From positions 192,001-256,000 of the forward strand of contig CAVPVX010000004.1 of the NCBI GenBank assembly GCA_963709345.1: DNA of 64,000 bases. Direction: 5' to 3'. Made by a program: the position numbers and the translations under genes. How positions within the stretch are numbered: the first letter of the stretch is position 1; the number at the start of each line of letters is the position of its first letter. Positions 41,261-50,898 of this stretch are shown here, piece by piece. Below the pieces are notes generated by a model. It saw nothing but the letters and a program-made list of their open reading frames with translations, was not told where the DNA came from and ran no database searches. The DNA comes from an uncultured Actinomycetes bacterium (GTDB lineage Bacteria; Actinomycetota; Thermoleophilia; UBA2241).

Positions 41261-41716
41261 TCAGTGTCGGTGCGGTACCACGAGCACCGGCACGTCGCTG
41301 CGGTGCAGGAGCTCGAACGGCGTGTGCCGGCCCAGCGCCCCCGCGATGGGGCCCTCGCCGTGCGAGCCTACGACGATCATGTGTGAGCCGCGCTCGCGGG
41401 CGATGGCCTCGAGCGCTCGAACCGGCTCGTCCCACACCAGCAGCACCTCGGTCTCTGCGCCTGCCGCGCGCGCCCTGGCCGCGGCGCGGCTGAGCATCGG
41501 CTCGACCTCATGCTCGACGCGCCGCTCGTAGTCGCGAAGCTCCTTGGCCGCGGCGCACCCCGGGTCGAGGGCGCAGCGCAGACCGGGAGGAGGCTCGTGG
41601 CAGTAGACGAGGACGATCATCGAGCCCGGCGCGCCGCGGGACAACTCGACGGCTTCGTCGAGGGCCGCCGCGGAGCACGCCGAACCGTCGTACCCCAGTA
41701 CGATCGGATGTGGCAT
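41261..41716 (-). CDS. Universal stress protein
   Basis: IVLGYDGS, IVVGSHG, VPVLVV. Confidence 0.9.
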   Translation of the reverse strand: MPHPIVLGYDGSACSAAALDEAVELSRGAPGSMIVLVYCHEPPPGLRCALDPGCAAAKELRDYERRVEHEVEPMLSRAAARARAAGAETEVLLVWDEPVRALEAIARERGSHMIVVGSHGEGPIAGALGRHTPFELLHRSDVPVLVVPHRH

Positions 41717-41824
41717 CTCCGCTCCTTCCCTGGGCGTCCGGGCCGTGGCTCCCCGTCGCGCGCTCGCCGGACGTCCACACTCTGATGATGCCCCCGTATG
41801 CCGGGAGGTTATCCGTCGGCGTCG

Positions 41825-42778
41825 TCACGGCCAGGGATTCAGCAGCGCCCGCAGGTTGCGGGCGATGAGCGCCGGCGAGTAGTCGAGGCCGCAGGCCGCC
41901 AGCTTCTCGCGGGAGGCGGCGGAAAGCCGCTCCGGAGGAGTCGCCGCGAGGATGGCCGCCGAGTCCGCCTCGTCGAAGACCTCCGGCGGCGACACCCGGA
42001 GTTCGACGGTGGCGTTCTCGGGGCAGGCCTGTTGGCAGCGCAGGCACCCGACGGCGCAGTGGTGCCAGGCCGGGTCGACCCACTCGGGGAAGGGAGCTTC
42101 GTCCTCGTTGACCCAGGCAAGGCAGCGGTCCGTCTGCAGAAGGAAGCGGTCGCCGCGGATCGCACCGCTCGGACAGGCCCGCAGGCAGGCGCTGCAGCGC
42201 GCGCAACGGTCCAGCTCCCTCGGTTCGCCCCACACGGCGTCGTGCGGCGGCGGCGCGTCGCTGGCGCATGCCGCCAGCACGAGGTAACTGCCGAGTCCGG
42301 GGACGTACGCGAGGGTGTTCCTACCGTAGCGCGCCAGGCCGGAACAGGCCGCCAGAGTCTTGAGAGGCGGCTGGACGGTCGCCGCCGAGAACCCGGACGG
42401 CGCGAGCGCCTCGGCCACGACATCCCTCAGGACTGTCTCCGCCGTGTGGTACCCGGCGTAGTGTGGCGGCACGGGGACGGCGTGGCGCTCTCCGGCGATG
42501 GTCAGGGTGCCCAGTGTCAGCGGTCGCGCGGCGGCGGCGACCACGACCGAGCGCATCCGGTCCGGGCCCGCCGAGGCGGACCCACGGCCGTTGGGCGGCT
42601 CGAAGGCGACCTCGCCGGCAAGGCGGGCGGCGGCCGGGCCGGGCAGCTCGGCGGCGCCGAGGATCCCGGCCACGCGATCACGCACGTCGTGGAGCCGCTC
42701 CACCGGGACCACGCGGGCAGTCCAGCCCGCCGCCGCGGCGGCGGCGAGCACGACGGGCCAATCGGGAGAGGCGGTCAT
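41825..42778 (-). CDS. Epoxyqueuosine reductase (QueG)-like 2x[4Fe-4S] protein
   Basis: PLKTLAACSGLARYGRN, CARCSACLRACP, RCL, GCLRCQQACP. Confidence 0.8.
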   Translation of the reverse strand: MTASPDWPVVLAAAAAAGWTARVVPVERLHDVRDRVAGILGAAELPGPAAARLAGEVAFEPPNGRGSASAGPDRMRSVVVAAAARPLTLGTLTIAGERHAVPVPPHYAGYHTAETVLRDVVAEALAPSGFSAATVQPPLKTLAACSGLARYGRNTLAYVPGLGSYLVLAACASDAPPPHDAVWGEPRELDRCARCSACLRACPSGAIRGDRFLLQTDRCLAWVNEDEAPFPEWVDPAWHHCAVGCLRCQQACPENATVELRVSPPEVFDEADSAAILAATPPERLSAASREKLAACGLDYSPALIARNLRALLNPWP

Positions 42779-42954
42779 CGGTCGTTCCTTGGGAGAGGGG
42801 CTGCCGGCCCGTCGAGTGTGCGTCGCGGCCGCGCTCCTGGCAAGCCGCGCAGGGCTTGTGCCCGCACCTTCGCCGTCGGAGACTGTACGGGAACGGCCGC
42901 CGTGGCCGGTCGCCGGACTGTTCGAGGAGGCGTCGCTTGCGCGGGAACGTGGTC

Positions 42955-43101
42955 GTGATGCTCATGCTTGGAGGCGGGATCTTCTTCACGCTCGTCTCGG
43001 TGGCCGCCTGGGCCGCCGGGCGCCGCACGGGTTCGATGCTCCTGGCGGTGGTGGCCGGCATCGACTTCGCCTTCGCCGCCTCGCTCCTGCTCCGCGGATG
43101 A
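42955..43101 (+). CDS. Possible small two-TM membrane protein
   Basis: MLGGGIFFTLVSVAAWAAGRRTGSMLLAVVAGIDFAFAASLLLRG; start uncertain. Confidence 0.35.
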   Translation: MMLMLGGGIFFTLVSVAAWAAGRRTGSMLLAVVAGIDFAFAASLLLRG

Positions 43102-43124
43102 ACCGCCGGGCGCCGCCCCGTCTG

Positions 43125-43672
43125 CTCGGCCCGGCCGCTCGTGGGGCGCTCCGGCCCGCGCCGCCACGACGAGCACGAAGTCGTGGTCGTAGATGAACCG
43201 GTCGTTCATGACGTTCCAGCCGACGTCTAGGCTCACGAATCTCTTTCCCAGCCTTTCCCCGACGGTGACGACCTCGGCGAGGAGCACCGCCGACTCGTTG
43301 GTGAGGAACCCCCCGGCCCGACGCCAACGGTGACGTCCGGCTTAGCGAAGCGGCGCGCAGGGTCGCGGCGTAGGCGTCAAGGTCGAGTGGCTCCTCGCCC
43401 TGGTGGAGCGGTGTACCCAGACCGCCGCCGACGTCGATCTCGGTCGGGGGCAGCCGGCGCCGGTCGGTCGCCGCGCCACCGGTTCGAGCGCGGCGTCGAA
43501 GGTGAGCAACTTGCTGTCGAGCATACCGTTGGCGAGATGCGCGTGCAGGGTGTCGACCGTCAGATCGCACCGGGCGGTGGGGGCGGGCGTCGCGTCCCGC
43601 GACGACCAGGCGTCCGCCGGTGACGCGCACTCCGCCGTGCTTCCACGCGTGTCGTGCGGGCGGCGTCGCCAC
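43125..43672 (-). pseudogene. lysA: Degraded diaminopimelate decarboxylase relic
   Basis: Fragments GRLVVAGRDA, EIDVGGGLG...LDLDAYA, LLAEVVTV...LDVGWN in different frames with large internal deletions. Confidence 0.6.
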
Positions 43673-43768
43673 GAGTTGAGCGCCCCGCGCTCGGCCGGGG
43701 TCGCGAGCGTGGTTCGACCGCTACGCCGGAGCCTTCTGTCGACGTCGATCGGTGGAGGCGTCGCTCAT

Positions 43769-44152
43769 CTAGTCGAAGTACTCCCGAAACGCGGTGAGCC
43801 CGTAGATGATGACGCCGTAGACGATCATCATCGCAAGGCCCCAGAACGGGCTGACCGACCAGATCACGAACCACGCGACCAGACCGATCACCGCCAGGAC
43901 GATGGCCGGGACGCGGGCCGCGCGCAGACGCATGAGCACCGCTATGCCGGCAAGGAGCTGTACGGCGCCGAGGACCAGCCAGAGGATGCTCCACTCCTGG
44001 ATGCCCGCGACGATGATCGCGCTCTCGTCGAAGACCTCGCGCTTGAGCAGCCCGGTGACTCCGGCGATCAGGTTGAAGGCGCTCGCCACGAGAAAGAAGA
44101 TGCCGGAGAACTCGATCCAGCCGGCTCCCTGGCCCTTGGAATGTCCTGTCAT
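43769..44152 (-). CDS. Four-TM membrane protein (DUF7144-like)
   Basis: GWIEFSGIFF...FNLIAG...W..LWLVLG...PFW...IIYGLT; GGAGG RBS. Confidence 0.75.
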   Translation of the reverse strand: MTGHSKGQGAGWIEFSGIFFLVASAFNLIAGVTGLLKREVFDESAIIVAGIQEWSILWLVLGAVQLLAGIAVLMRLRAARVPAIVLAVIGLVAWFVIWSVSPFWGLAMMIVYGVIIYGLTAFREYFD

Positions 44153-44210
44153 GTCCCGCCTCCGCTGGTTGTTGCCGGAGCGGCGGGGTCGCCCCGGCCG
44201 CCCTTCACAG

Positions 44211-45740
44211 TCACTTCTCGGTGAGCCACGCGCGCAAGCCGGCCTCGACCGCGTCGCGGCCGGGCTCCACCCGGGCGTCGAAGCGGCGCGGTCGCTCGCG
44301 AACGGCTTGGAGTTGCGGGGGCACGGTCGCTCCGGGCGCCAGCCGCGTGACCTCGTCGAGCAGATCGAGGTCGTGGGCGCCGCCGGGCACAGGCGCGCCG
44401 GCGGGCACGCCGGTGAGGCCGCGGACGACGTCGGCGGCGAACTTGCTCCAATGCGCGGTGCTCACGATGAGCACAGGGGCGTCGCCGCCCAGCCGGTCCG
44501 CGGCCTCCCACGCGACGGCCGTGTGCGGGTCGAGCAGGTATCCCTGCTCGCGCTGCACGCGGCCGATCGTGCGCAGGCAGGTTTCGTTGTCGATCCACGT
44601 GCCGGTGAACCCCGCGCGCAGCTTCTCGCGGGTTTCATCGTCGACGGCGAAGCGTCCGCCGGTCTTGAGCTCGCGCATCCAGGTGGCGATGAGCTCGGCG
44701 TCCTCGCAGAGGTCGAACAGCAGGCGCTCCAGGTTGGACGAGATGAGGATGTCCATCGACGGCGACGGCGTCTTCACGAGCGATCGGGCGGAGATGTCGT
44801 AGACACCACTGGCGAGGAAGTCGAAGAGTACGTTGTTCGTGTTGCTGGCGCAGAGCAGCCTCCCGAGCGGTACGCCCATGCGCTTCGCGTAGTACGCGGC
44901 GAGGATGTTGCCGAAGTTGCCGGTGGGGACGCAGACGTCGAGCAGTTCCCCGGAGGTGACGACGCCGCCGCTCGTCAGGTCGGCGTACGCGCTCACGTAG
45001 TAGGCGATCTGCGGCATCAGCCGGCCCCAGTTGATGGAGTTGGCCGAGCTCAGTGAGAGCCGGTGGGCGCCGGCCAGTTCGGTGGCGAAGGCTTCGTCGT
45101 CAAAGACGGCCTTGACGGAGTTCTGGCAGTCGTCGAAGTCGCCGCCGAGGCGAAAGACGGTCAGGTTCTCGCCCGGTTGCGTGACCATTTGCAGTTCCTG
45201 CAGGGCGGAGACCCCGGCGTCGGGGTAGAAGACGCAGATCCTGGTGTGGGCGCGATCGGCGAAGCCGTTGAGCGCCGCGACCCCGGTGTCGCCGCTGGTC
45301 GCCACCAGGATCAGGAAGTCGAGGTCGGTGGCGCCCTTCGCGTGCGCCATCTCCAGCGCCTCGCTGAAGTACAGGGGCATGCACTGGAGCGCCATGTCCT
45401 TGAAGGCGAGGGTGGGGCCGTGCCACAACTCGAGCACGTGACGCCCTGGAGCGACGTCGCGTACCGGGGCGACTCGCGGGTCGTCGAAGTTCGAGCCGTA
45501 AGCCGCGGCGGCGATCTCGCGGGTGCGCCCGGCGGGCACGTCGAGGTCGAAGGCCTCGTAGACCGCCGCCGCGCGGGCGTGATACGGCAGCGCCGCCAAG
45601 GCGCGGATCCTGTCGAGCGAGAAATCCGGCAGGCGCTCCGGCACGAACAGGCCGCCGCCCGGCGCGATTCCTTCGAGGATCGCCTCGGTGTAGGTGCGCG
45701 GGCGTGAGGTCGCGCCGCGGGTGTCGCGGTACCGGATCAT
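44211..45740 (-). CDS. thrC: Threonine synthase
   Basis: GGLFVP, LELWHGPTLAFKD, VATSGDTG, NSINWGRL, VPTGNFGNIL, SPSMDI, DPHTAVA. Confidence 0.95.
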   Translation of the reverse strand: MIRYRDTRGATSRPRTYTEAILEGIAPGGGLFVPERLPDFSLDRIRALAALPYHARAAAVYEAFDLDVPAGRTREIAAAAYGSNFDDPRVAPVRDVAPGRHVLELWHGPTLAFKDMALQCMPLYFSEALEMAHAKGATDLDFLILVATSGDTGVAALNGFADRAHTRICVFYPDAGVSALQELQMVTQPGENLTVFRLGGDFDDCQNSVKAVFDDEAFATELAGAHRLSLSSANSINWGRLMPQIAYYVSAYADLTSGGVVTSGELLDVCVPTGNFGNILAAYYAKRMGVPLGRLLCASNTNNVLFDFLASGVYDISARSLVKTPSPSMDILISSNLERLLFDLCEDAELIATWMRELKTGGRFAVDDETREKLRAGFTGTWIDNETCLRTIGRVQREQGYLLDPHTAVAWEAADRLGGDAPVLIVSTAHWSKFAADVVRGLTGVPAGAPVPGGAHDLDLLDEVTRLAPGATVPPQLQAVRERPRRFDARVEPGRDAVEAGLRAWLTEK

Positions 45741-45820
45741 TGCGTCCGGATTCTACAGGAACGGGCCGGGCGCGCGCTTGCCCGTCGCGGCCGGGAGCCG
45801 CTGCCGCGTGATGGAGGGAC

Positions 45821-45855
45821 TTGACATCCGCTAGCGATGCATTACGATATATCGT
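45821..45855 (+). promoter_or_regulatory. Sigma70 promoter with overlapping palindromic operator ACGATATATCGT
   Basis: TTGACA 45821-26, 16 bp, TACGAT 45843-48; perfect 12-bp palindrome 45844-45855. Confidence 0.7.
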
Positions 45856-45881
45856 GTTACAACGCTACAAGGAGAGAAGAG

Positions 45882-46607
45882 ATGTACTCACAATCCCATT
45901 CCCAGCGCTCCGCCGGCCGTCAGGGCCGCGGCGGCGCACCGCGCGGCGGCGACTCCGTCCCCGCGCGCTTCAAGTTCGGTGGCCGCGGCGGCGGCCAGGG
46001 CTCAGGTTCCGGGCCCGGCTCCGGTGGAGGCTCCGGCCCCGGTCGCAGTTCCGGCGGAGGCGCCGCCTCTGCCCCTGGCTCCGGCCACGGCCGCGGCCCC
46101 GGCGGAGGCTCCGGCCCCGGCCACCTGCACGCCCATCCTCACGGTCGCGGTCCGTGGTCGCGGGCCCGCCGGGGCGACGTCCGGGTCGCTGTGCTGTTGG
46201 CCCTGAGCGAAGAGCCCATGCACGGTTACCAGATCATGCAGCGGCTCGAGACGCGGAGCGGCGGCGCCTGGCGGCCGAGCCCCGGCTCCGTCTACCCGAC
46301 TCTCCAACTGCTGGAGGATCAGGGTCTCATCAAGGGCGAGGAGGCCGACGGACGGCGGGTGTTCGCGCTGACCGATGACGGCGCTGTGGAGGCGGCGTCG
46401 GTCAAGGAGCGCATCGGCGACTCGCCGTGGGGCGCCGAGGGCGGTGAGCAGGATCCGCGCTTCGCCCTGCGTCAGGCCGTGTTCCAGCTCGGGGCCGCGG
46501 CGAAGCAGGTCGGCAAAGCCGGCTCACCCGAGCTCGTGGAGAGCTCGCTGGAGATCCTGCGCGAAGCGCGCAAGCGCATCTACGCGCTGCTCGCCGAGGC
46601 GGAGTAG
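45882..46607 (+). CDS. PadR-family regulator with Gly/Ser-rich N-terminus
   Basis: RRGDVR, PMHGYQIM, WRPSPGSVYPTL, EARKRIYALLA. Confidence 0.92.
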   Translation: MYSQSHSQRSAGRQGRGGAPRGGDSVPARFKFGGRGGGQGSGSGPGSGGGSGPGRSSGGGAASAPGSGHGRGPGGGSGPGHLHAHPHGRGPWSRARRGDVRVAVLLALSEEPMHGYQIMQRLETRSGGAWRPSPGSVYPTLQLLEDQGLIKGEEADGRRVFALTDDGAVEAASVKERIGDSPWGAEGGEQDPRFALRQAVFQLGAAAKQVGKAGSPELVESSLEILREARKRIYALLAEAE

Positions 46608-46633
46608 AGTCGAGCGAGTCGAGTCGGGTGTAG

Positions 46634-48523
46634 CTATCGGGTCTGCGCGAGCGACGGCGCCGGCTCTCTGTCGGCCGGCGCCGGCAGCAGGGCGATGCGC
46701 TGCGGGTCGAGGCCGCCGCGCGCGAGGGCGCGAGCCGCTTCGCGCGTCGGCGCATACGCTTCGTCGAGCCGTCCGTAGAACCACAGCTTGTACCGCAGTC
46801 GCAGCCGGCCGGAGAGGTCGGAGCGGCCGGCCGGCGCCTCGAGATCGCGAGGGTCGACGGCGCCGGTCAGCGGAAGATGCAGCAGCCGCGCTGCCGCCAC
46901 GGCGAGGAGGCCCTCGCCTCCCGACGAGTCGGTGTGCAGGGCGCTGAACCCTTCCTCTTCCAGGAAGTCGACGATCTCGACCACCGGCGGGACCAGGAAG
47001 CGAGGCCCGTCGCCGTTCGCCGACGGCCGCCACGCCACCGCGCGGAAGCCGATGGCGCCGGCAGCGGCGTCGCCGTCGGTCGTGCACGCGAGGAGTGTCA
47101 CGTCGATGTCCGGAGGATGCGCTGCGGTGCCGGCGTGACCGACCGTGGTTGGGCGCGTGGGCGGAGGCGCAGCGATGCCGCCCGCCGCCGGGCTCGCCGG
47201 TGCACCCTCGCGACCGTCCGAGCAGAGGACGGCGACCTTCTCCCGCAAGCTGTGGCGGCGCTCGCCGAGGAAGTAGGCGCGCAGCTGCTCCTGCGTGCGT
47301 CTGTCGCGGCTCTGGACGATCCACGCGATGTAGTACGGGAGTTCCAGGAAGCTGACCATGCCGACCGCGTAGATGCTCTGCAGCCGCCGCTTGAGACCCT
47401 GTCGTTCGGCCGGGTCGAGGAGCGGCTGCAGGTGCAGGCTCACGACGTCGTCGGCGAGGCGTTGCGCGACGGTGAAGAGGCGCCGGTTCAGCTCCTTGGC
47501 GTCGACCGCGTTGATCCCGTCGGCGTCGGCGACGAGGCTGCCGATCTCGCGCTCGAGGAGCGACTCCCACGACGGGCCTCGCGTGTCGCCGTCCCGGTAG
47601 AGGCCGGGGGCGATGCTGCGGACGCCGCGGATGGTCTTCTCGAGCACGGGGACGTCCCGGCCGATGCGGCCGAAGCCCTTGCGCAGCAGGCCGAGCGCGC
47701 GCTTTCTGGGCGCGGACTCGTCGAGGCGCAGGATCTGCCGGATGCGCCAGAACGAGGCGGCGTAGATGCTGTGCGCGAGCAGGCGGGCATCGCCGTCGGC
47801 GCCGCCGGGCTCGCAGTCGCCGACGGCCACGGCGCGGACGAAGCCGTCCGCCGTTCCGTCACCTCCGGCGCTGGTGAAGGCGCTCGCCGAGAACAGCCCG
47901 CTGTGGTCGTCCGAGCCGCCGGTGAGCGCCTTGCGCCAGGGAGTCTCGCCGAACGGCTCGATGCGCTGGCGCTCCGCCATCGCCCACAACTGGTCGGGGG
48001 TGAGCGCAGCTGCGATCGCCCGGAGGAGCCCGTTGCAGCGCGTCGTGCGGGAGCCGTTGCGACCCTCAAGGACGGAGAAGAGGAGCAGCATACGCTCGAC
48101 CGTGTCCGGCGTGATGTGGCCGGTCATGTCGAAGAGCGGGTGCGCGAGGTAGTGGGTGACGTCCGCCTCCCGCAGGCAAGCTACGAGGTCGTACACGGAC
48201 GCGCGTGCCTTGTCGGCCTCGGCGAACACCGCCTCGTCGATGCCGAGGGCGACGACGTGCACTCGTGCCCCGTCCTCCGGGAACCACGTGTCGAGCTCCG
48301 TGCTCAGGAAGGCGCCGGGAAGGTGGGCCACGGCCAGCGAGCCGGCCAACGTGTTGTGGTCGGTTATGGTGACGAAGTCCATCCCCCGGGCGCGCTGCGC
48401 CCGGTAGATCTCGAGCGGCTCCGTATAGGACTCGGCGCTGCGCAGCGCGCGAATGCCGGCGTTGGCCGAGGTCGCGGAGTACTTTGAGTGGACGTGGAGG
48501 TCGGCTCGATAAGGATGGCTCAC
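46634..48523 (-). CDS. PHP-domain protein with partial glycosyltransferase-like C-terminus
   Basis: DLHVHS, TITDHN, AHP, EGRNG, TGGSDDH; C-terminus resembles a degenerate GT4 N-terminal half. Confidence 0.75.
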   Translation of the reverse strand: MSHPYRADLHVHSKYSATSANAGIRALRSAESYTEPLEIYRAQRARGMDFVTITDHNTLAGSLAVAHLPGAFLSTELDTWFPEDGARVHVVALGIDEAVFAEADKARASVYDLVACLREADVTHYLAHPLFDMTGHITPDTVERMLLLFSVLEGRNGSRTTRCNGLLRAIAAALTPDQLWAMAERQRIEPFGETPWRKALTGGSDDHSGLFSASAFTSAGGDGTADGFVRAVAVGDCEPGGADGDARLLAHSIYAASFWRIRQILRLDESAPRKRALGLLRKGFGRIGRDVPVLEKTIRGVRSIAPGLYRDGDTRGPSWESLLEREIGSLVADADGINAVDAKELNRRLFTVAQRLADDVVSLHLQPLLDPAERQGLKRRLQSIYAVGMVSFLELPYYIAWIVQSRDRRTQEQLRAYFLGERRHSLREKVAVLCSDGREGAPASPAAGGIAAPPPTRPTTVGHAGTAAHPPDIDVTLLACTTDGDAAAGAIGFRAVAWRPSANGDGPRFLVPPVVEIVDFLEEEGFSALHTDSSGGEGLLAVAAARLLHLPLTGAVDPRDLEAPAGRSDLSGRLRLRYKLWFYGRLDEAYAPTREAARALARGGLDPQRIALLPAPADREPAPSLAQTR

Positions 48524-48600
48524 GACTTCACTATACCGCGCGCGGACGCTTCTGGCCGCCGGCCTTTGTCTTTCGGCGCTGTTGCCGGTACTGTCTGCCC

Positions 48601-49131
48601 ATGAAGACCGTCCACCACGCAGTGCTGACCGCCGTCGGCGACGATCGCCCCGGGCTTGTGGACGAGGTGACCCGCTACATCACCGATCGTGGGGGCAACC
48701 TCGAAGACAGCCGCATGGTCAACCTGCGCGGGCAGTTTGCGATGATGCTGCTGATCGCGGGCAGCGACGAGACCATGGACCTGCTGAACGACGGCCTCGT
48801 CGCGCTGGGCCGCGAGAGCGGCGTCCACGCGGAGCTGCGCGCCGTCGGCGCCGGCGCCGAGCGGGAGCCGGCGCTTCCCTTCCGGCTGAACACCTGGGCG
48901 ATGGACCACCCGGGGCTGATGCAGTCGGTGGCGCACCTTCTCGGGGAGATGGGCGTGAACATCGAGAGCGCCGACTCCACGCTGCGCCCCGCGCCGTACA
49001 CCAACGCGCCGCTGTTCGAGATGGAACTGGTCGTCTCCGTGCCGGCCGCGACGCCGGTCGCCACGGTGCGCGAGTCGCTGGCGCGCCTGTGCGACGAGAT
49101 GAACATCGACTGGCGGCTCACGGCGCTCTGA
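48601..49131 (+). CDS. GcvR-like double ACT domain protein
   Basis: VGDDRPGLV, NLEDSRM, DHPGLM, VNIES. Confidence 0.85.
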   Translation: MKTVHHAVLTAVGDDRPGLVDEVTRYITDRGGNLEDSRMVNLRGQFAMMLLIAGSDETMDLLNDGLVALGRESGVHAELRAVGAGAEREPALPFRLNTWAMDHPGLMQSVAHLLGEMGVNIESADSTLRPAPYTNAPLFEMELVVSVPAATPVATVRESLARLCDEMNIDWRLTAL

Positions 49132-49190
49132 GCGGCGCTTCGGCTCCGTCGCGAGCGGACGGGGCGGGCCCGGGCCGCTTGCGCCGCCTC

Positions 49191-50882
49191 CTACTGTGCG
49201 AGCAGGCGTGCCGCCTCGTCGGCGGCGAAACTTGGCCAGGGCGCCGGCCGGCCGCGCTCCAGCGCGGCGACTCCGGCGCCCGGCTGCCCGACCTCGCCGA
49301 TCTCCCGCGCCTCGATGCCACCGTCTCGCAGGGCCTCCAGAAGCCGGAGAACGCCGTCCGGCGCGCAGCAGATCAGTAGGCTGCCGGAGGCGATGAGCCC
49401 CAGAGGGTCCGCCTCGAGCAGGTCGCAGACACGGCGGGTCAGCGGCGCGACCGGGATCGTGTCGCGGTGCACGACGACGCCGTGCAGGGTCGCCGCGGCG
49501 AGCTCGCGCAGCGCCGTGGCGAGCCCTCCCTCGGTGACGTCGTGCATGGCCCGTACGGCGTCGAAGCCGGCGGCGATACCGGCTTCCTTGAGGATGCTTG
49601 CCTCGGGCAGGAGCGCGCGGCAGGCGTCCAGCTCGGCGCCCGTCATGCCGAGGGTGAGGAGGCGCTGCTCCAGCTCGTCGGCCAGTAGCGCCGTTCCTTC
49701 CATCGCCAGCGCCTTCGTCAGCACGATCCGGTCGCGCGGGCGTACGGAGCGCTTGTCGCGCAGTCCGGCGCGGGGCAGCGTCCCGAGCATCGTCAGCGAG
49801 ATGACGGGCCGGACGACGGCGGTGGAGACCTCGGTGTGGCCGCCGGCCACGACGATGTGATTCCGAGCCGCCGCCGCGGCGATATCGTGGAGTGTCGCCA
49901 GCGCCTCCGAGGGAGTGGCGCCGAGCGGCAGGAGCACCGTCGCGAACATCCAGCGAGGCTTCCCTCCCGACGTCGCGATGTCGTTGGAGTTCACCAGCAC
50001 GGCGGAACGCCCGAGCTCGCTGCCGCCGAGGGTGATGGGGTCGCCGTGGGCGACCATGACCTCGGCGCCCTCCAGGTCGAGCGCGGCGACGTCCTGGCCC
50101 ACCCCCGGTGGCACGAGAAGCGCGGGATCGTCGGCGGCCAGGGAGTCAAGGTAGCCGCCGAGGAGGTCGTTGGGCAGCTTGCCGGCGGCGAGCGGCAGAC
50201 CGAGGCGGACGACGTCGTGCAGTTGATCCAGCCGTGACACCACGAAGTCGCAGTCTGGTCCGTCGCCGCACGTGAGCTCGTCGACATCCGCGACCTCGCC
50301 CCGCGCGGCGGAGCCCCCGGCGTCGGCGGCGTTCGTCAGATAGACGGTGACGGCTCCCGCGGCCCGGCCGGCCTGCATGTCGAGCAGGTAGTCGCCCACG
50401 ACGAGCGTCTCGCCGGGCGCGGCGCCCATCACCTGCGCGGCGTGGAGGACTCCGTCCGCCGCCGGCTTCGGCGCGAGCCCGTCATCGCGGGTCACGACGA
50501 CATCGAAGTCGCTCAGCGACACGGTGGTGAATCGGCTCAGGGACTCCTCGACCGCAGGCCGGCCGTTGCGGGTGAGGATGCCCATCGGCAGGCCGAGGGC
50601 GCGCAGGCGGCCGATGACTCTCTCAGCGCAGTCGTTCGGCGCCGCCGTGCGCGCGCCGGCCAGCTCGAAGCGCTCGAGGGCGGCGAAGGCGTCATCGCGC
50701 CGCCGCCCCGACGGCAGAGCCTGGATCCATTCGAGGACGAAGTCGCCGGGTGGGCAGCCGATCTCGTGTTTGAAGGCCGCGAAGTCGAGCGCGTCCGGCC
50801 GCGTGAGTGTCCCATCGAAGTCGAAGAGCACGGCCCGAAGCCGGAAGGGCCGCGGGCCGCCGCGGGACGAGGGGACGGGCAT
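49191..50882 (-). CDS. HAD phosphatase fused to an AIR-synthase-like (PurM/HypE/ThiL superfamily) domain
   Basis: DFDGT, LTRN, KP, GDYLLD; then GKLP, GVGQD, DPIT, NDIA, GGHTE, MHDVTEGG. Confidence 0.85.
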   Translation of the reverse strand: MPVPSSRGGPRPFRLRAVLFDFDGTLTRPDALDFAAFKHEIGCPPGDFVLEWIQALPSGRRRDDAFAALERFELAGARTAAPNDCAERVIGRLRALGLPMGILTRNGRPAVEESLSRFTTVSLSDFDVVVTRDDGLAPKPAADGVLHAAQVMGAAPGETLVVGDYLLDMQAGRAAGAVTVYLTNAADAGGSAARGEVADVDELTCGDGPDCDFVVSRLDQLHDVVRLGLPLAAGKLPNDLLGGYLDSLAADDPALLVPPGVGQDVAALDLEGAEVMVAHGDPITLGGSELGRSAVLVNSNDIATSGGKPRWMFATVLLPLGATPSEALATLHDIAAAAARNHIVVAGGHTEVSTAVVRPVISLTMLGTLPRAGLRDKRSVRPRDRIVLTKALAMEGTALLADELEQRLLTLGMTGAELDACRALLPEASILKEAGIAAGFDAVRAMHDVTEGGLATALRELAAATLHGVVVHRDTIPVAPLTRRVCDLLEADPLGLIASGSLLICCAPDGVLRLLEALRDGGIEAREIGEVGQPGAGVAALERGRPAPWPSFAADEAARLLAQ

Positions 50883-50898
50883 GTCGTCGCCCAACCCT

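Noticed and set aside
45980-46125. Short repeats as possible CRISPR or VNTR array
   Set aside because: Degenerate in-frame Gly/Ser codon repeats inside padR, with no repeat-spacer structure and no cas genes
49191-50200. AIRS-like domain as SelD or HypE
   Set aside because: No N-terminal Cys/Sec-x-x-Lys of SelD and no C-terminal PRIC of HypE
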